NCBI GenBank assembly: GCA_964016885.1
Contig: OZ024742.1
Span: forward strand, 99,510,001 to 99,574,000
Direction of reading: 5' to 3'
From: Eledone cirrhosa
Lineage: Eukaryota
DNA: 64,000 nucleotides
Shown here: in pieces, positions 16,365 through 30,691 of the stretch
How positions within the stretch are numbered: the first letter of the stretch is position 1
Layout of the letters: each line of letters starts with the position of its first letter
Translations under genes and position numbers: made by a program
Notes under the pieces: model-generated
Databases searched by the model: none
What the model was told of the DNA's origin: nothing
The model's input: only the letters and a program-made list of their open reading frames with translations

Positions 16365-16577
16365 GGGCGTCGGTGTGTATGTATGTATGTATGTATGTAT
16401 GTATGTATGTATGTATGTATGTATGTATGTATGTATGTATGTATGGTAGGTATGTATATGTGCCCCCAGCATAGCCGCAGTCTATTGACTGTAATCAGCA
16501 AAAGAATTAATGGATATATATATATATATATATTTGACCGTGTATGTGTGTGAACGTATATAGATATATATATATAT

Positions 16578-16630
<53 letters not shown>

Positions 16631-16981
16631 TAAACACAGACCTATATCTATTTGCATCTCTTTAGTTCAAAAGTTGTGGTTGTGTTGTGTAATGGCGAGG
16701 GAGTTGGCTGTAGTGTCGGTGACTGTCGTAGTTCTCTGCTGGTTGTGTTGGTGGCGTTGATTGTGTCGCTGCCCTGTCTAAACTGGACAATACATACAAA
16801 GCAACTAAATACAGCTAAGTTTAAAATAAAATCTCACAGATAATACCTATATACAAATTCACACACACACTCACACACACGCACATACACACACACGCGC
16901 GCGCACGCGCACGCACATACACACACACACACACACGCACAAATTTATATACATATATAAATAATTACATACACGCATATT

Positions 16982-17030
<49 letters not shown>

Positions 17031-17034
<4 letters not shown>

Positions 17035-17219
17035 CGAAGGAAATGTGGTAAGGAACCAGGTGGACCATAACGCACCAAAGTACTCAATACTTAGGGTAGT
17101 AGAGTGGGTAATAGGAACGAGTATGACCCCGACGGCTGAGCTCAAGCCGTTTCGACGGCTAATTCTGGACTAAATGGTCGAAACGGCTTGAGCTCAACCG
17201 TCGGGGTCCTACTCGTTCC

Positions 17220-17222
<3 letters not shown>
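17031..17222. repeat. Fold-back pair of PLE pseudo-LTR 3' ends (family of 1780-1886), HHR 3' halves only
   Basis: gaccccgacggctgagctcaagccgtttcgacggctaattctggactaaat then ggtcgaaacggcttgagctcaaccgtcggggtcc; (TA)n both sides. Confidence 0.8.
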
Positions 17223-17259
<37 letters not shown>

Positions 17260-17803
17260 GTATATTTGCGTGTGTTTGTGTGCGAGTGTGTGTATGAGTG
17301 TATATGTGCGTGTGCATGTGTGTGAGTGTGTGTGTGTGTGTGTGTTTGCGCGCCTGTGTGTGTGTATACTAAATGTGACTTGTATGAAACAAAAGAAATA
17401 TAATAGCACTAACAGAAAAAAAATTATCTTTCATGGTTATAATGATGATGGTGGTGATGATGATGGTGATGATGGTGATGGTGGTGATATTAATATTGAT
17501 GGTGATAAAAATACTAATATCAAGGACAAAAATAATGACTACACCAACAATAATAAAAATAATAACAATGATGATGTATATAATATAGATAATGAAAAAT
17601 ACGTCAGACAAAAGAAGAGAACACGCCCATCACCTCTCATTTTTAATTTAGTTAAGTAAATATATAGTTATTGTATTTTATATATGTGAGAGTGCTATGT
17701 AGTATTGCATATGTGTGTCCGTATGTATGTATTTTTGCGTGTATGCGTATGTATGTATGTATCTATTTATGCGTGTATGCGTATGTATGTATGTATGTAT
17801 GTA

Positions 17804-17819
<16 letters not shown>

Positions 17820-17834
<15 letters not shown>

Positions 17835-18812
17835 ATGTATGTCAGGCTGGTGCTACTGGTAACATGTATCCCAGTACAACCTGTCTCGTGTCGGGTCGTT
17901 GGCGACTAAACTGGCAACCCCACCAAGGTTTCTTGGTGAGGAGGGTGACTTTGGACATCCTGCAGGAATAAAACAAAACCTGTCAAAGGTTAAAGGAGCT
18001 CTTAAGAGTCAATGGCCATCCAAAATCACCGGGAGAGATGACCCCTTAGCCTTTGTCAAGGCAGAATTCTAGGAGAAGGAAAACTCTGATATAACACCTG
18101 CAACACTGATGGTGTCCAATGATGTTGACTTGTTCTTCTTTTTGGTAAATATCATCTTGGTTAAGAGAGTGGGACTGGCTTTATGCAGTGCCTTTGCTCA
18201 CTATAAAAGTTTCACGGCACAGGCATTGCTTTATATCTGGAGATCTCTCTGCACTTGTCGTCACATGGTACCATGGGCCCAGCACTATGTGTCAATAATT
18301 GTTACAAGGGTAGTGTTTGTACCAGAGTTTTCAAGTCGCTGGCGGTACTAAAAAGTCACACTCGTTCAGCGCATCGGTAGGGGTTCTCCTACATGGATAT
18401 AAAGTAGTGGCCGTACTCGAAAACGAGTTGGCAGCTACCATGTATGTATGTATGTGTGTATGTATGTAGAAATAATCGGGCTGGACACCCGATCGCGTGG
18501 TTAAACCACTGTGAGTGAAGGACCCCTAGCCTTTGTCAGGGCATTCTTCTAATAGAATAGAAGGCAACTCAGGAAACTGGGATAACTCCGATATAAAAAC
18601 TGCGGCTCAGTAGTTACCGATGATGTTGATATTTTCTTCTTTTCGGGTTATAGCTACTGTCGATCAGAGAGTGGGATTGGCTCAGTGCACAGTCTTTCCT
18701 CATTAAAAAAATATCTTCATGCACAGGCATTGCACGATAGAATTAATTAATAATTATTAATAATGGTATATCGTGCAATGGCCATACTCGATAACGAGGG
18801 GGCAGCCATCAT
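17820..18812 (+). mobile_element. Two related interspersed-repeat fragments resembling RTE-clade 5' UTR-derived elements
   Basis: Shared gaccccttagcctttgtca...agaagg.aactc...gatgttga...ttctt...gagagtggga.tggct at about 18040-18230 and 18520-18735; RTE link from recalled ctaggagaaggaaaactctga motif. Confidence 0.4.
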
Positions 18813-19061
18813 CATGTATGTATGTATGTATGTATGTATGTATACAAGTATGTAAAGTACCAGTAATACACTGTGATAATTGCTGACCTTGTGCCAAAAG
18901 GAGAAACGATTATTGATGTATATATATGTATGTATATTTTGACACATAGAGTTACGGCCCTTGCCATTCTGAGTTCAAATCGCGCCGAAGTTAACTTGTA
19001 CTGGGTAATTGCTGGCCTTCTGCCAAAAGTAGAAACAATCATTGATGTATATATATATATA

Positions 19062-19450
19062 TATAAACGGAGAAAATGAAACGAAATTTTCTGTGCGCCC
19101 GGCCGATTAACTCACTCGATATGCAAATTAGGCTGCACAGTCGTTAATATGTATAAGTATATACTTTCAGACGTTCAATCATCTGGGAGGAAGGTATACG
19201 GTGCTGACGATAGCTAATAAGCTTGAAACTAGTACATCGTTCCTTTGTCAGTGTTGAACAAAAGGGCAACGATGGTTGCTAAACACTGTACGGCTTAATT
19301 CGGGATGTTTGTTTACAAACACACCGAGCATTATAATCAATGTTCGGTGAATCCATACGTACATATATATATGTGTGCATGTATGCATATATATACATAC
19401 TACTGTACGTCTGTATACATATATGTATGTACGTATACATACTTATATAT
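19062..19450 (+). mobile_element. Diverged single copy of the retrozyme-like HHR unit
   Basis: Homologous to 51640-52080; retains ATGCAAAT (19121-19128), aagtatatactttc and an intact HHR. Confidence 0.8.
19198..19240 (+). ncRNA. Minimal type I hammerhead ribozyme
   Basis: acggtg-CTGACGA-tagctaataagctt-GAAA-ctag-TA-catcgt. Confidence 0.85.
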
Positions 19451-19457
19451 TAATATA

Positions 19458-19526
<69 letters not shown>

Positions 19527-19529
19527 CAA

Positions 19530-20015
19530 ATTTAGACGGGAACAAAACAGAGAGGTTTATTAGGTCCACGCCCTTGAGAGTAGGGCGGGGGGGGGGGGGG
19601 ACGTTTCGGGCATAAGCCCTTCTTCAGGATAAATAGGTTAGGAAGAAGGTTCCGAGGTGTGTGGAAATACATTTAGAAAAAAGGGGGAAGGAGAACAAAT
19701 AAACGTAAAATAAACATAAGAATTAACAATAAGATGATGAAGGTGTGAGGCGTGTAATGGTGGTGACGGGTGGAGTTGGGCGATGGAGGGGGGGGGGGAG
19801 GGGGGGCTCAAGCTGGCAAGGCTGAAGGTGCCGTTTGTGTATGTGTATAGGTGTACGTGAGTGCGTGTGTGTGTGTGTGTATGTGAGAAGAAGGACGAGA
19901 TTCCATGTTCTGGATTCCGGAGGTTGAGTGTGTAAGTGGGGGTACGCACGTATGTGATTGTGTTTATATGTGGTGTGGATGTGGGAGGCGTGGTGCGAAA
20001 AAAAATATGAGTGTA

Positions 20016-20095
<80 letters not shown>

Positions 20096-20420
20096 TATGT
20101 GTGTATGTATGCAAGTGTGTATGTATATGTGTGTATGGGAAGGAGTGGAGACTTCTGGGTTTCAATATGTTCAAGTGAGTAAATATATTTGAAGGGAAAG
20201 TGGTGCAGACCTGTGTGTATGTGTATGGTTGTATCCATCTATGTGTGTTTATCTATGTGTAGGGTTGTGTATGTAGACGGAAGCCGGATTGTATTCAGTG
20301 TGTGTATATATATAGATCCATTCATCGGATGTTTATGTAACTTTGTTTGTGTGCATGAGTTTATACACGGAGCTATATCTGGAGGCTTATATGTGGACGT
20401 GTTTGTATCAATTATCGGCT
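19530..20420 (-). mobile_element. PLE 3' end remnant (Neptune-like) with HHR core at 19600-19627
   Basis: Minus strand CTGAAGA-agggcttatgccc-GAAA-cg-TC; IYIHTLNTIR resembles a PLE ORF C-terminus; homologous to 30790-31305. Helix I not evident. Confidence 0.55.
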
Positions 20421-20621
20421 GCGCACATAAAGGCAAACATACATGCCTATATTTGTTCGTAAATGACGACACTGTCTGTGTGCATGTTTATACACACACA
20501 TTCACGTAGAGTCACAAATACATAGACACATACACAAAGATATATGCCTCTATATATGCATATAGCCCCATGAACATGTACACATGCCTCACACACACAT
20601 CCCCTCCTATCTCTCTCTCTC

Positions 20622-20676
<55 letters not shown>

Positions 20677-20768
20677 GTATATATATATATACATATATAC
20701 ATATATACATATATATACATATACATTCGCGTGCTTACACACACAAACACATATTATATATATGTATG

Positions 20769-20825
<57 letters not shown>

Positions 20826-21304
20826 CACATATATATATATAAAGAGAAGGAGATATATCTCTTCCTTTCTCTTTGTAGTATTGGAGCTGGGAAATCCCTA
20901 TCCTCATTGTGAATGGAACAATTTTCTATAGATCTCATTTCTCTCATAGATTATTACGATAACAATATTCTGGAATGTTGTATGGCCGGTTAGTTGTCTA
21001 TACTACTATACTTACTTCTAATCCATGACTAATCCGTGCTTCAGAATCATCCACAATACCGATAAATAATTTATATAATAGATATTTTACACAACTAACA
21101 CAATGAGTAATCCATATGATAACTGATCAAATATCAGTTGTTGTTGTTGTTTTGCTATTGCTATTTCAAGGGTGTGATATTCATTCGCCCCCCAAATTGA
21201 ATATTTCACAGATTTTCTCGTTTGTTATAATCCATGTTATCAAATTAAGAAGATAGATATATTCCCAGTGCAGTGTTGATAGCCATGTGTTTGTATATAT
21301 ATAT

Positions 21305-21610
21305 AAAGGGTAAAGATCCCATTCGGTCACGAATCAGCATGGGATTTACACGTAGAAAGTTTCCCTTCGAAGCACAAGTCCGGTAAGTTTATTTATCGAA
21401 GACAAGCAGTGGGCCATACATAACGCTCTACCCTATCCACTTCACCGATGTTGTCGAAGGGATAGGAAATGACTGATACAGTTTGGCAGCGGTGACGGTG
21501 CAACTCATATCTATAGCTGAGTAAACTGGAGCAACGTGAAATAAAGTGACAGGCATCTCCCGGTCAAAAGATCGAACACTCAACCTCTTGAGTGCAAGGC
21601 CAACGAAGAT
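21305..21610 (-). mobile_element. Interspersed repeat, probable SINE (family B)
   Basis: Minus strand has ttggccttgcactcaagaggttgagtgttcgatc (B-box-like) and cactttatttcacgttgctccagtttactcagct core; bounded by microsatellites. Confidence 0.5.
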
Positions 21611-21611
21611 G

Positions 21612-21671
<60 letters not shown>

Positions 21672-21721
21672 TGTAGATAGATAGATAGATAGATGGATAG
21701 AAAGATAGATAGATAGATAGA

Positions 21722-22490
21722 TATGTTTCTTTATTAGACACAGGGGCACAAAAGAAGGGGACAAATACAAAGGGGGAAATTTACATACAATAAAAACGTG
21801 TAAAATACTATCACAAATGCAATTTAAAAATTAATCGATTTTCCCCAATAGGGGGAGACATTACATATGGGTAACACATACCCCCGAAAAAATGTGCAAC
21901 CCTCATCTCCAGGAGTACGAAGAGGGAGTACCCCTTTCCTCTCTTCCTCTGATATAGTGAGGCTGATATAGTGAGAAGGCCCATTCACTCGGGCCATTCT
22001 CGCCACTTTCACCCACCTTTCATAAAAATTGCTGGGGTACAGCACCTCTCTCTCCATCCTGATTCTTCTTCCAAAGTGGTATTTGAAAAAAAGAATCAGT
22101 TGTTGGCCGGAGAGAAAGGTGTCTGACCTCAGCCCTTTTAACCTCGTCCACCCATACAACATCTTTCGCCATAGCTATCACACAAAGGAAAACTGCCTCT
22201 CCTTCGTTTTTGAAGGAAGGTGGCGGTTTGATTATGACAATGGACTCGGTGGTCAACCGGATTGGTCCCACCCGCGACAATAGTCGTTCTACATAGCCCC
22301 ACAGGTTGGTAACGCCCGGGCAGTGTACGAATGCGTGCGCAATGGTTTCTTCGTCTCGCACGCATCTCGGACAGATCTTTTTAGAAGGGTCCCTGCCCGG
22401 GCGCCCATGTCTGTAGAGCTTGTCTCGAACTGGTAGAGGTCCTCGGTAGCACTGCCAGGCCAGGGACATTTTGAAGTTGTCCATCGGTCT
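21722..22490 (-). pseudogene. 5'-truncated Tx1/L1-like LINE 3' end with zf-RVT motif
   Basis: LAWQCYRGPLPVRDKL...CPRC..DEETIAHAFVHCP...LW; frameshifted continuation; aataaa near 21730 followed by (TATC)n. Confidence 0.8.
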
Positions 22491-22516
22491 TTTTTAAGCT
22501 TCATATCATGTCTCCC

Positions 22517-22587
22517 TATTTCATCTGATGAGAACGCAAATATCATCCCATGATGATATTTGTTTTTGAAATGCGCATAATAAAATA
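22517..22587 (+). ncRNA. Type I hammerhead ribozyme with long helix II
   Basis: tatttcat-CTGATGA-gaacgcaaatatcatcccatgatgatatttgttttt-GAAA-tgcgca-TA-ataaaata. Confidence 0.75.
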
Positions 22588-22617
22588 CATGGAACTCTTT
22601 TAACCATCTTTTGATCT

Positions 22618-22658
<41 letters not shown>

Positions 22659-23086
22659 TATAAGTTTACATATACATAAACTAGACAGAGCCATAGATAT
22701 ATATATGTGTTATTGGCAACCATTCACGGTGTGGCTCAATGACGAATTAATTAATTAAATAATCAACGATCAGAGCAATATATAAGTCCATAGAATCATT
22801 TTGGTATGTTTATGTACATTTTTTCTTCTAACTTTGATTTTGTACCTAATTGTGTATGATTGGCTATGTGTCTAGTCCATTTCTACGGGCTATTAGAACT
22901 ACTAGGTAAATCTTCTCTAGCTGTTGATCGCGGATAAAATAGTTATCATTTATTCATCTACTGTTTCTTCATAGGTAGATTTTAAACTTATAGCCTCGTT
23001 TAATTAATTTTTTGTGTGGTTAATTATGCTGCTTGGGAGGAGAAATACTGTATATATTTGATCAAAGGATTCTATGGACTTACTTT

Positions 23087-23506
<420 letters not shown>

Positions 23507-23703
23507 CAGAGAGAGGGACAGAGAGAAAAACAAAGAGTGAGAGTGAGAGAGAAAATTGAGTATGTGTTGGTTGCTTACTGACACTTCAGTATGCAAGTTA
23601 GAGCACTCAACGAAGTGGACAGGTGGGTCTGTTTACACCGGAGTAATTTAAAAACAAGAGGTGTAAATCAACAGGTTAAAATTGACTTCGTTTATTCATA
23701 TTC

Positions 23704-23753
23704 GCTGCAATATATATTTCGGTGATAACCATTATATGACCCCATCAGGCAGC
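23704..23753 (-). ncRNA. Degenerate type I hammerhead ribozyme
   Basis: Minus strand gctgc-CTGATGG-ggtcatataatggttatcacc-GAAA-tatata-TT-gcagc (A9G change); truncated relative at about 53560-53645. Confidence 0.5.
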
Positions 23754-24639
23754 TATAACTAGAATATATAAATATGCGTGTGAGTTTATGTGTATGTGGG
23801 TTTGTGATTGTATATATTTAGAGTATCAATAAGGATAAAATGCGCTCTCTATAAAAATAAACAGAACTAATTTATTAAGATTCGTACATAGGAAAACTCA
23901 ATGGGCTAAATCTCGTTCAGACATTTTGTATACAGTGGTCTAAAGATATGGCCGACACATATCGATTACGTTTATGTAAGATACTGAAAATCCTATTTGC
24001 CAAATTATTTTTCGTGTGTACGATATAATGAATAGAAGAAGGAGGAGGAGGAGGGGGATGCATGTGTTTGTCTGTGTGCATGTATTTGCATACGCGCATA
24101 CATGCACACAGAAAATATCACGCACATCTCGTATATATTCGGTATAAGATATTAACTCTTTCTGTCTATTTTTCAGTCAGTCTGGTATCATTCGATGTTC
24201 CAAAATATATCAATGAATACGTCTTATCACGGCATTTTACAAGGGAAAGAAGGCGACGAATTGGTAGAGTCGTTAGAACGTTGGTTAGAGTGTTTTGCAG
24301 TATTTGTTCCTACTTTCTTCTCTCTTTGTTCAAATCTCGCCGAGGTCAACTTTGACTTAAGTTCTATAAAATAGAACCAGTTTAGTACTGGAGACGATTC
24401 TTCTAAATCACTTTCTCACTTCTCTTTTACTCTCTATCCTTCTCTGGAAAAAATATTCAGACCTGGAGAGGTGATGGGCTCTGGAAGGTTTAACATATCA
24501 ATATGGCGCCCCTACGACACCCTCAGTAGTTTTGGGTATATATATGAATACATACATACATACATACATTCAAGGGAAAGCAGTCTAGAACCACGTGCTT
24601 TACAGTATAAAATATACACACAGGAGAATGATACATTTG

Positions 24640-24897
24640 TTTAATCAAGGGAACGGCATATTGCTGACCGTGCCATAGACACACCCAAACTTAAAACAAA
24701 TCTGAGGAGTTTCCATGTGGTAAAGAGTCAAACAGCTGTCACTCATAATTACAGACAGAACACATTTTTTGTATGGTAGTGCACTAAGGCAGTGAAATAA
24801 ACAGCCATGCTCAAGGATCAACGCTCCGCCGGTACTCGAACACATGCCCTTACGACTGTTGAGCCAAACAACCGAATCACTAAGCCACGCTCTCTCA
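24640..24897 (-). mobile_element. tRNA-derived SINE (family C)
   Basis: Minus strand agcgtggcttagtga (A-box-like), gttcgagtacc (B-box), tccttgagcatggc core. Confidence 0.55.
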
Positions 24898-24969
24898 CAA
24901 TGTATTGTATTGCTTAGTATACGCCATACGAGACTCTTTGCGAAAAATGGATCATCATTATCATCATCA

Positions 24970-25077
24970 TCTTCTTCTTCTTCTTCTTCTTCTTCTTCTT
25001 CTTCTTCTTCTTCTTCTTCTTCTTCTTCTTCTTCTTCTTCTTCTTCTTCTTCTTCTTCTTCTTCTTCTTCTTCTTCT
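24970..25077. repeat. (CTT)n microsatellite
   Basis: Pure trinucleotide run; produces the poly-E/S/L ORFs. Confidence 0.95.
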
Positions 25078-25258
25078 AAACATAAACATACATATATTAA
25101 TACGTTAATACCAAACAAACACTTACGTAGTATATGCTGGTTGTTCATTTAGTCGGAACAAACGCTCCAGTTGGCTGCTACTCTGAGTTCTCCGCTTCTG
25201 TGCGTCACAGATTTGTGGTAATCAATATTCACACAGACACATACTCTCGCCCACACGC

Positions 25259-25302
<44 letters not shown>

Positions 25303-25304
25303 GC

Positions 25305-25384
<80 letters not shown>

Positions 25385-25471
25385 TACATATATATATATG
25401 TATATATATATATATAACTTCGATTTTACTACGTTCCACTCGTATATATATATATATATATAGATAAATGC

Positions 25472-25532
<61 letters not shown>

Positions 25533-25984
25533 TTCCAGATGTTCTTGCGTATAATGAAAATAAGTAATAATATACAATAATAAATTGTTTTCAGTGTTGA
25601 TATTCATTTTTCGATATAATTGATATTTCTGAGAAGAATTTATCCGTTCTTCCACATAATGATACGTAGCAGATGTTCTGGTGTGTAATTCATATAGGTA
25701 ATAACATAAATGTATATGTTCTTTCCTGCTATGCAACATATCGTATGTATATCTTCAAGGATATAATCTATAAAACAACACACTATTATTATTTTTTTTT
25801 TCAATTGTGATATTCCACACATGTTATACAGTATAATCCGTATAATAACATATATTGATATCAACCTTTCACTGAAGCTATTTATTTTTCTATATAATTG
25901 ATATTATTTGGGAAGGTGTTGGTGGTGTTTGTATAAACCTTCCACTGTTATAGTTATATTATTATTATTTCAATTGCGATATCC

Positions 25985-27510
25985 ATTCTAGAGTATAATG
26001 ATATTTCACAGATATTTTGAGGTATAATCTGTGATGTGGTGATGATGGTGATGTTGTTGTTCTTGGTGGTGACGTTGGTTGTTAGGGATGGTATTCGTTT
26101 TGGTTTTATTAGTGGAGGTGCTGGTGGTTATGGTGGTGATGATGATGGTGGTGGTGGTGGTGGCAGTGGTGATGTTGGTGGTGTAGTTGGTGGCGGTGAT
26201 GGTGCTGGTCTTGGTGATGGTGGTGACGGTGTTATAACTCATACCAATGTAGTCCTAGCTGGCCACCGATGAGGTTGCATTTCATAGGTTTCTTGGGAAT
26301 GCGTTAACGATAGTTGCTCTAGTCTTATCATAATCTCTACTCTTTTTATCTCTCCTATTTTTATCTGAGGTTTTATATTTCAAATTCGTACTGAAGAAGA
26401 AATTACCTATCAATAAGATCTGTTCCGTTAGAGTTCATCAGTCTTTGGTTTCTCATTTGAGGACCAGCATCAGATATTCCCAGAAATGCACTGTGGTTGC
26501 ATCTTACGTGGTCAATCTTTTTCCCCCAACCATACGTGTTATTGAAAAAGAAACTGCTAAATATAAAAAAGGAACTATATATAAAATACCAATTTACGTC
26601 GGTGTTTGAGAGGTGGGATAATGACAGGTTCTCTGTGGATTGGAAAGACTCAGTAAAAGTATGATAATGTTAGGGATTACAGTCTTCTCCCATAGTTTGG
26701 GTGATACAATTGCGTATGAAATAAGTCAATAAGTGTGTTATAGCTTCTCCGAATCTTTCAATTGCGTATGTTTATCCAGTGTAATGAATTGGCAAAATCG
26801 TTAGAACGTCTCGTCGAATGGTTTGCAGTATTTGTTCCGGCTCATATTTGCCTTTTGTCGTTTCAAGGTCGCTAAAAATATTGTCAGTTCATCCAAAGAT
26901 ATTGTCAGCTCATCGTCGACTGAGTATCCATCATCATCACACGATATTACGTATTGACATATGATGCCTGTGAGACTATCAAATAATAGATATCTATAAA
27001 TATTTATCTGTGACACCACTTAATGGGAGCTATCTGTTGAGTCCCTGCTGTTCTCGTACACAATGAACACCAGCGCATCATCGATTTCCTCGATAAATTA
27101 TCCACTTGCGGAACAGATCTTATTGATAAGTAATTTCTTCTTCAGTACGAACTTGAATGGATATAGGCAATATAAAACCTCAGATAAAAATAGGAGAGAT
27201 AAAAAGAGTAGAGATTATGATAAGACTAGAGCAACTATCGTTAACGCATTCCCAAGAAACCTATGAAATGCAACCTCATCGGTGGCCAGCTAGGACTACA
27301 TTGGTATGAGTGATAACACCGTCACCACTATCACCAAGACCAGCACCATCACCGCCACCAACTACACCACCAACATCACCACTGCCACGGCCACCACCAC
27401 CATCATCATCACCACCATAACCACCAGCACCTCCACTAATAAAACCAAAACAAATCCATCCCTAACAACCAACATCACCATCATCACCACATCACAGATT
27501 ACACTTCAAA
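25985..27510. repeat. Inverted repeat, arms about 26005-26428 and 27109-27510
   Basis: ORFs 26006..26242(-) and 27306..27725(+) share TVTTITKTSTITATNYTT; caataagatctgttccg / cggaacagatcttattg. Confidence 0.85.
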
Positions 27511-28808
27511 ATATACCTCGATTCTTCATCAATATTTCTTTCTCACTACTTCTCTTTCACTGTTTCTCCTTCGACCTGTATAGGGAGGGGCGTCTTTATG
27601 TTTACAGTGCCTATGATACAGTGTATATCACAATGATGCCCCCACCACCCCATCAGGAATTACGAATCCATGCATACATAGATCTATGTTTAAGCCAGCA
27701 CTGTTTCAAACAGGTAATATCCTAATATCCTAATATATATAATAAATATAAGATGAAAAAAATATTTCCATGATGGTATACATTTTTCTAAAAATGTGAT
27801 ATTTCGAGGAATTGAGATTGTATAAACCTTACAATTTTACGATGTTATTACTTAACTTTGCCTTTCATCCTGACGGGGTCGATAAAATAAAGTACCAGTA
27901 ATGTACTGGGTAAGTGCTGGCCTTGTGCCAAAAGTAGAAACAGTTATTAATTAGATCTATCAGATCCCGTTTTGTATATAACAATATTTTGGAATGGTTG
28001 GTATTCTTTGTCACATTTTCAGTTGTTTAACAAATTTTCTATTCATATATAATCATATTTAGGTGAGTTAAGGACAACGTGACATGAAGAATTACATCAT
28101 GTTGTTGGTTCAATTGAGCATAGCTCTGATTTGTTGAAGTATGATCAACGATTGTTCAACTGTGACTATTATTGCATTCTTCAAATGGTAGATCCTGATG
28201 TTAGATGTTGGTTCCTATGTATACCAAGTCAATCAACCATTATAGGCTCCCTGGCGTCGTAAATTAATCTGCTTAGTTGAAATATCCATTTGAGATGCAA
28301 GGGTGTCACCATCTTGAATAGACTCAGTTCCTCATTTCTCTGTGTACCCCATTCCGCTTTGCAATCATGAAATTTCGGTATCTTGGGAAAGTTTATTTAC
28401 TATGGCGCCCTGTCAATGCAAGCTTATTCTGTGAAAATGAATAGACGGAAACTATGTGGAATACCATCAGATGATTTAAAACTGTAATTCAATTGTCATA
28501 TATTATATAATACTGATTCGGCATGGGATTTACGTTTCTGTCGAATACTCAAATAATCATACGTTAAGTCCTGAATTTTACATGCATTTGAGTGAACAAC
28601 TGGAGGCTCATCGTCGACTGAGTATCCATCATCATCAGACGATATTACGTATTAACATATGATGCATGTGGCACTATCAAATAATATATATCTATAAATA
28701 TTTATCTGTGACACCACTTAATGGGAGCTATCTGTCGAGTCCCTGCTGTTCTCGTACACAATGAACACCAGCACATCAGCGATTTCCTCGATAAATTATC
28801 CACTTGCA
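26905..28808. repeat. About 200-bp direct repeat, 26905-27108 and 28607-28808
   Basis: gctcatcgtcgactgagtatccatcatcatca...gatttcctcgataaattatccacttgc present twice. Confidence 0.85.
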
Positions 28809-29098
28809 AGTGGCTGTGAATTCTACAGACGTGTGTATATTTCACGTTATCGTCAGGAAGTTTCAGCTTGATACAAAGTGGGATGACAAGTCAATTCAAT
28901 TGAAATACAGACATGGACTTCTAAACAGTCTCTGTCTAACTACTTTCACTCATACACACACATCACATACATACATGCACATCACATACATACATGCACA
29001 TCACATACATACATGCACACACAGACACACACACACACGCACACACACACATACACACATCACATACATACATGCACACACATACACACACACATGCG

Positions 29099-29180
<82 letters not shown>

Positions 29181-29216
29181 ATACATGTATCATGTTCTTC
29201 TGAGTTCACAGGTACA

Positions 29217-29374
<158 letters not shown>

Positions 29375-29735
29375 TTGTGTGTGTGTATGTATATATCTGT
29401 AATTCATGTTGGAATCGTAGATAGGTAACCTGACTCACAGCGATTGGGGTACATTTTAAATCTGGTGGAGCCCATCAATTCTCCAGTTCCTAACACTGAC
29501 GATTTCTTCCACTGAAAGGAAGTGAATGAGAGTGAGGAAGCGGAGAAAATGTTTAAAAGCAGTATCGACCCCGGTACTTAATTGGTACTTTTTTAGGATA
29601 GAATGCATAGTTAACCTGGGTGGGGTGTAACCGAGAGCCAGAGTGTATAGTGAAAAGCATTCTATCCGATGTTATAATGACCTGCCTAATATATAAATAC
29701 ACACATACTGACACACACACACACACACATACATG

Positions 29736-29777
<42 letters not shown>

Positions 29778-29782
29778 CATAT

Positions 29783-29822
<40 letters not shown>

Positions 29823-29902
29823 AGAAAGATAGAATAAGAGAGAAACATAGGTATAATCCCGACCGCAGCTCCAAGAGTACTCCCATTGTTAGTGATCTCT
29901 GC

Positions 29903-29963
<61 letters not shown>

Positions 29964-30003
29964 TTTTTTTTTCTACCCCCCGCCGAAATGTGATTCTTGC
30001 TGA

Positions 30004-30072
<69 letters not shown>

Positions 30073-30387
30073 GATAAATCTACCAAGAGTTTACGGTAGT
30101 GTCCAATCCGTATGAAGAACTCAATGTAATCCGGATATCATGGAAAGAAGAGATGCAATGAAAAATCACTTTCGGTGAAAGATAAACGGTATACAGAGTC
30201 AAGATAAAATATTAAAAAAATAATGAATAAAACAATGAAACAGTTCCTTATATTAAACAAAAAAAGTTCATTATTTAACGATCGTTTCTGGGATATATAT
30301 GTGTTAGAATTGGCATGTATATTTAACAGATCTATGTACAAAATTATACAAAATTATACAAACTATCAAAATTAAATATACATACCA

Positions 30388-30449
30388 TACTGCGGTGTCC
30401 CAGCATGGCCTCAGCCGGATGGCTGAAACAGGTAAAAGAGTAAAAGAGT
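30388..30449 (+). mobile_element. 62-bp 5'-truncated retroposon tail with ATACCA target-site duplication
   Basis: tactgcggtgtcccagcatggcc...ctgaaacaggtaaaagagtaaaagagt; atacca at 30382-30387 and 30450-30455; absent from the mirror arm. Confidence 0.8.
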
Positions 30450-30484
30450 ATACCAACTCATATATATGCCGTTTTCAGAAATAA

Positions 30485-30636
30485 TCATTATTTCTGAAGA
30501 CGGCATATATATGAGTTGGTATGTATATTTAATTTTGATAGTTTGTATAATTTTGTATAATTTTGTACATAGATCTGTTAAATATACATGCCAATTCTAA
30601 CACATATATATCCCAGAAACGATCGTTAAATAATGA
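30485..30636 (+). ncRNA. Type I hammerhead ribozyme with about 115-nt helix II
   Basis: tcattattt-CTGAAGA-[...gagttggtatgtatatttaa...ttaaatatacatgccaattc...]-GAAA-cgatcg-TT-aaataatga; 9-bp helix I. Confidence 0.7.
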
Positions 30637-30691
30637 ACTTTTTTTGTTTAATATAAGGAACTGTTTCATTGTTTTATTCATTATTTTTTTA

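Noticed and set aside
24645-25152. Poly-E/poly-S/poly-L ORFs
   Set aside because: (CTT)n run adjoining a SINE
27306-27725. Thr-rich mucin-like ORF
   Set aside because: Degenerate (CAC)n tract within an inverted duplication
28000-28450. Possible R4/Dong-like LINE remnant on the minus strand
   Set aside because: Too degraded to support without a homology search
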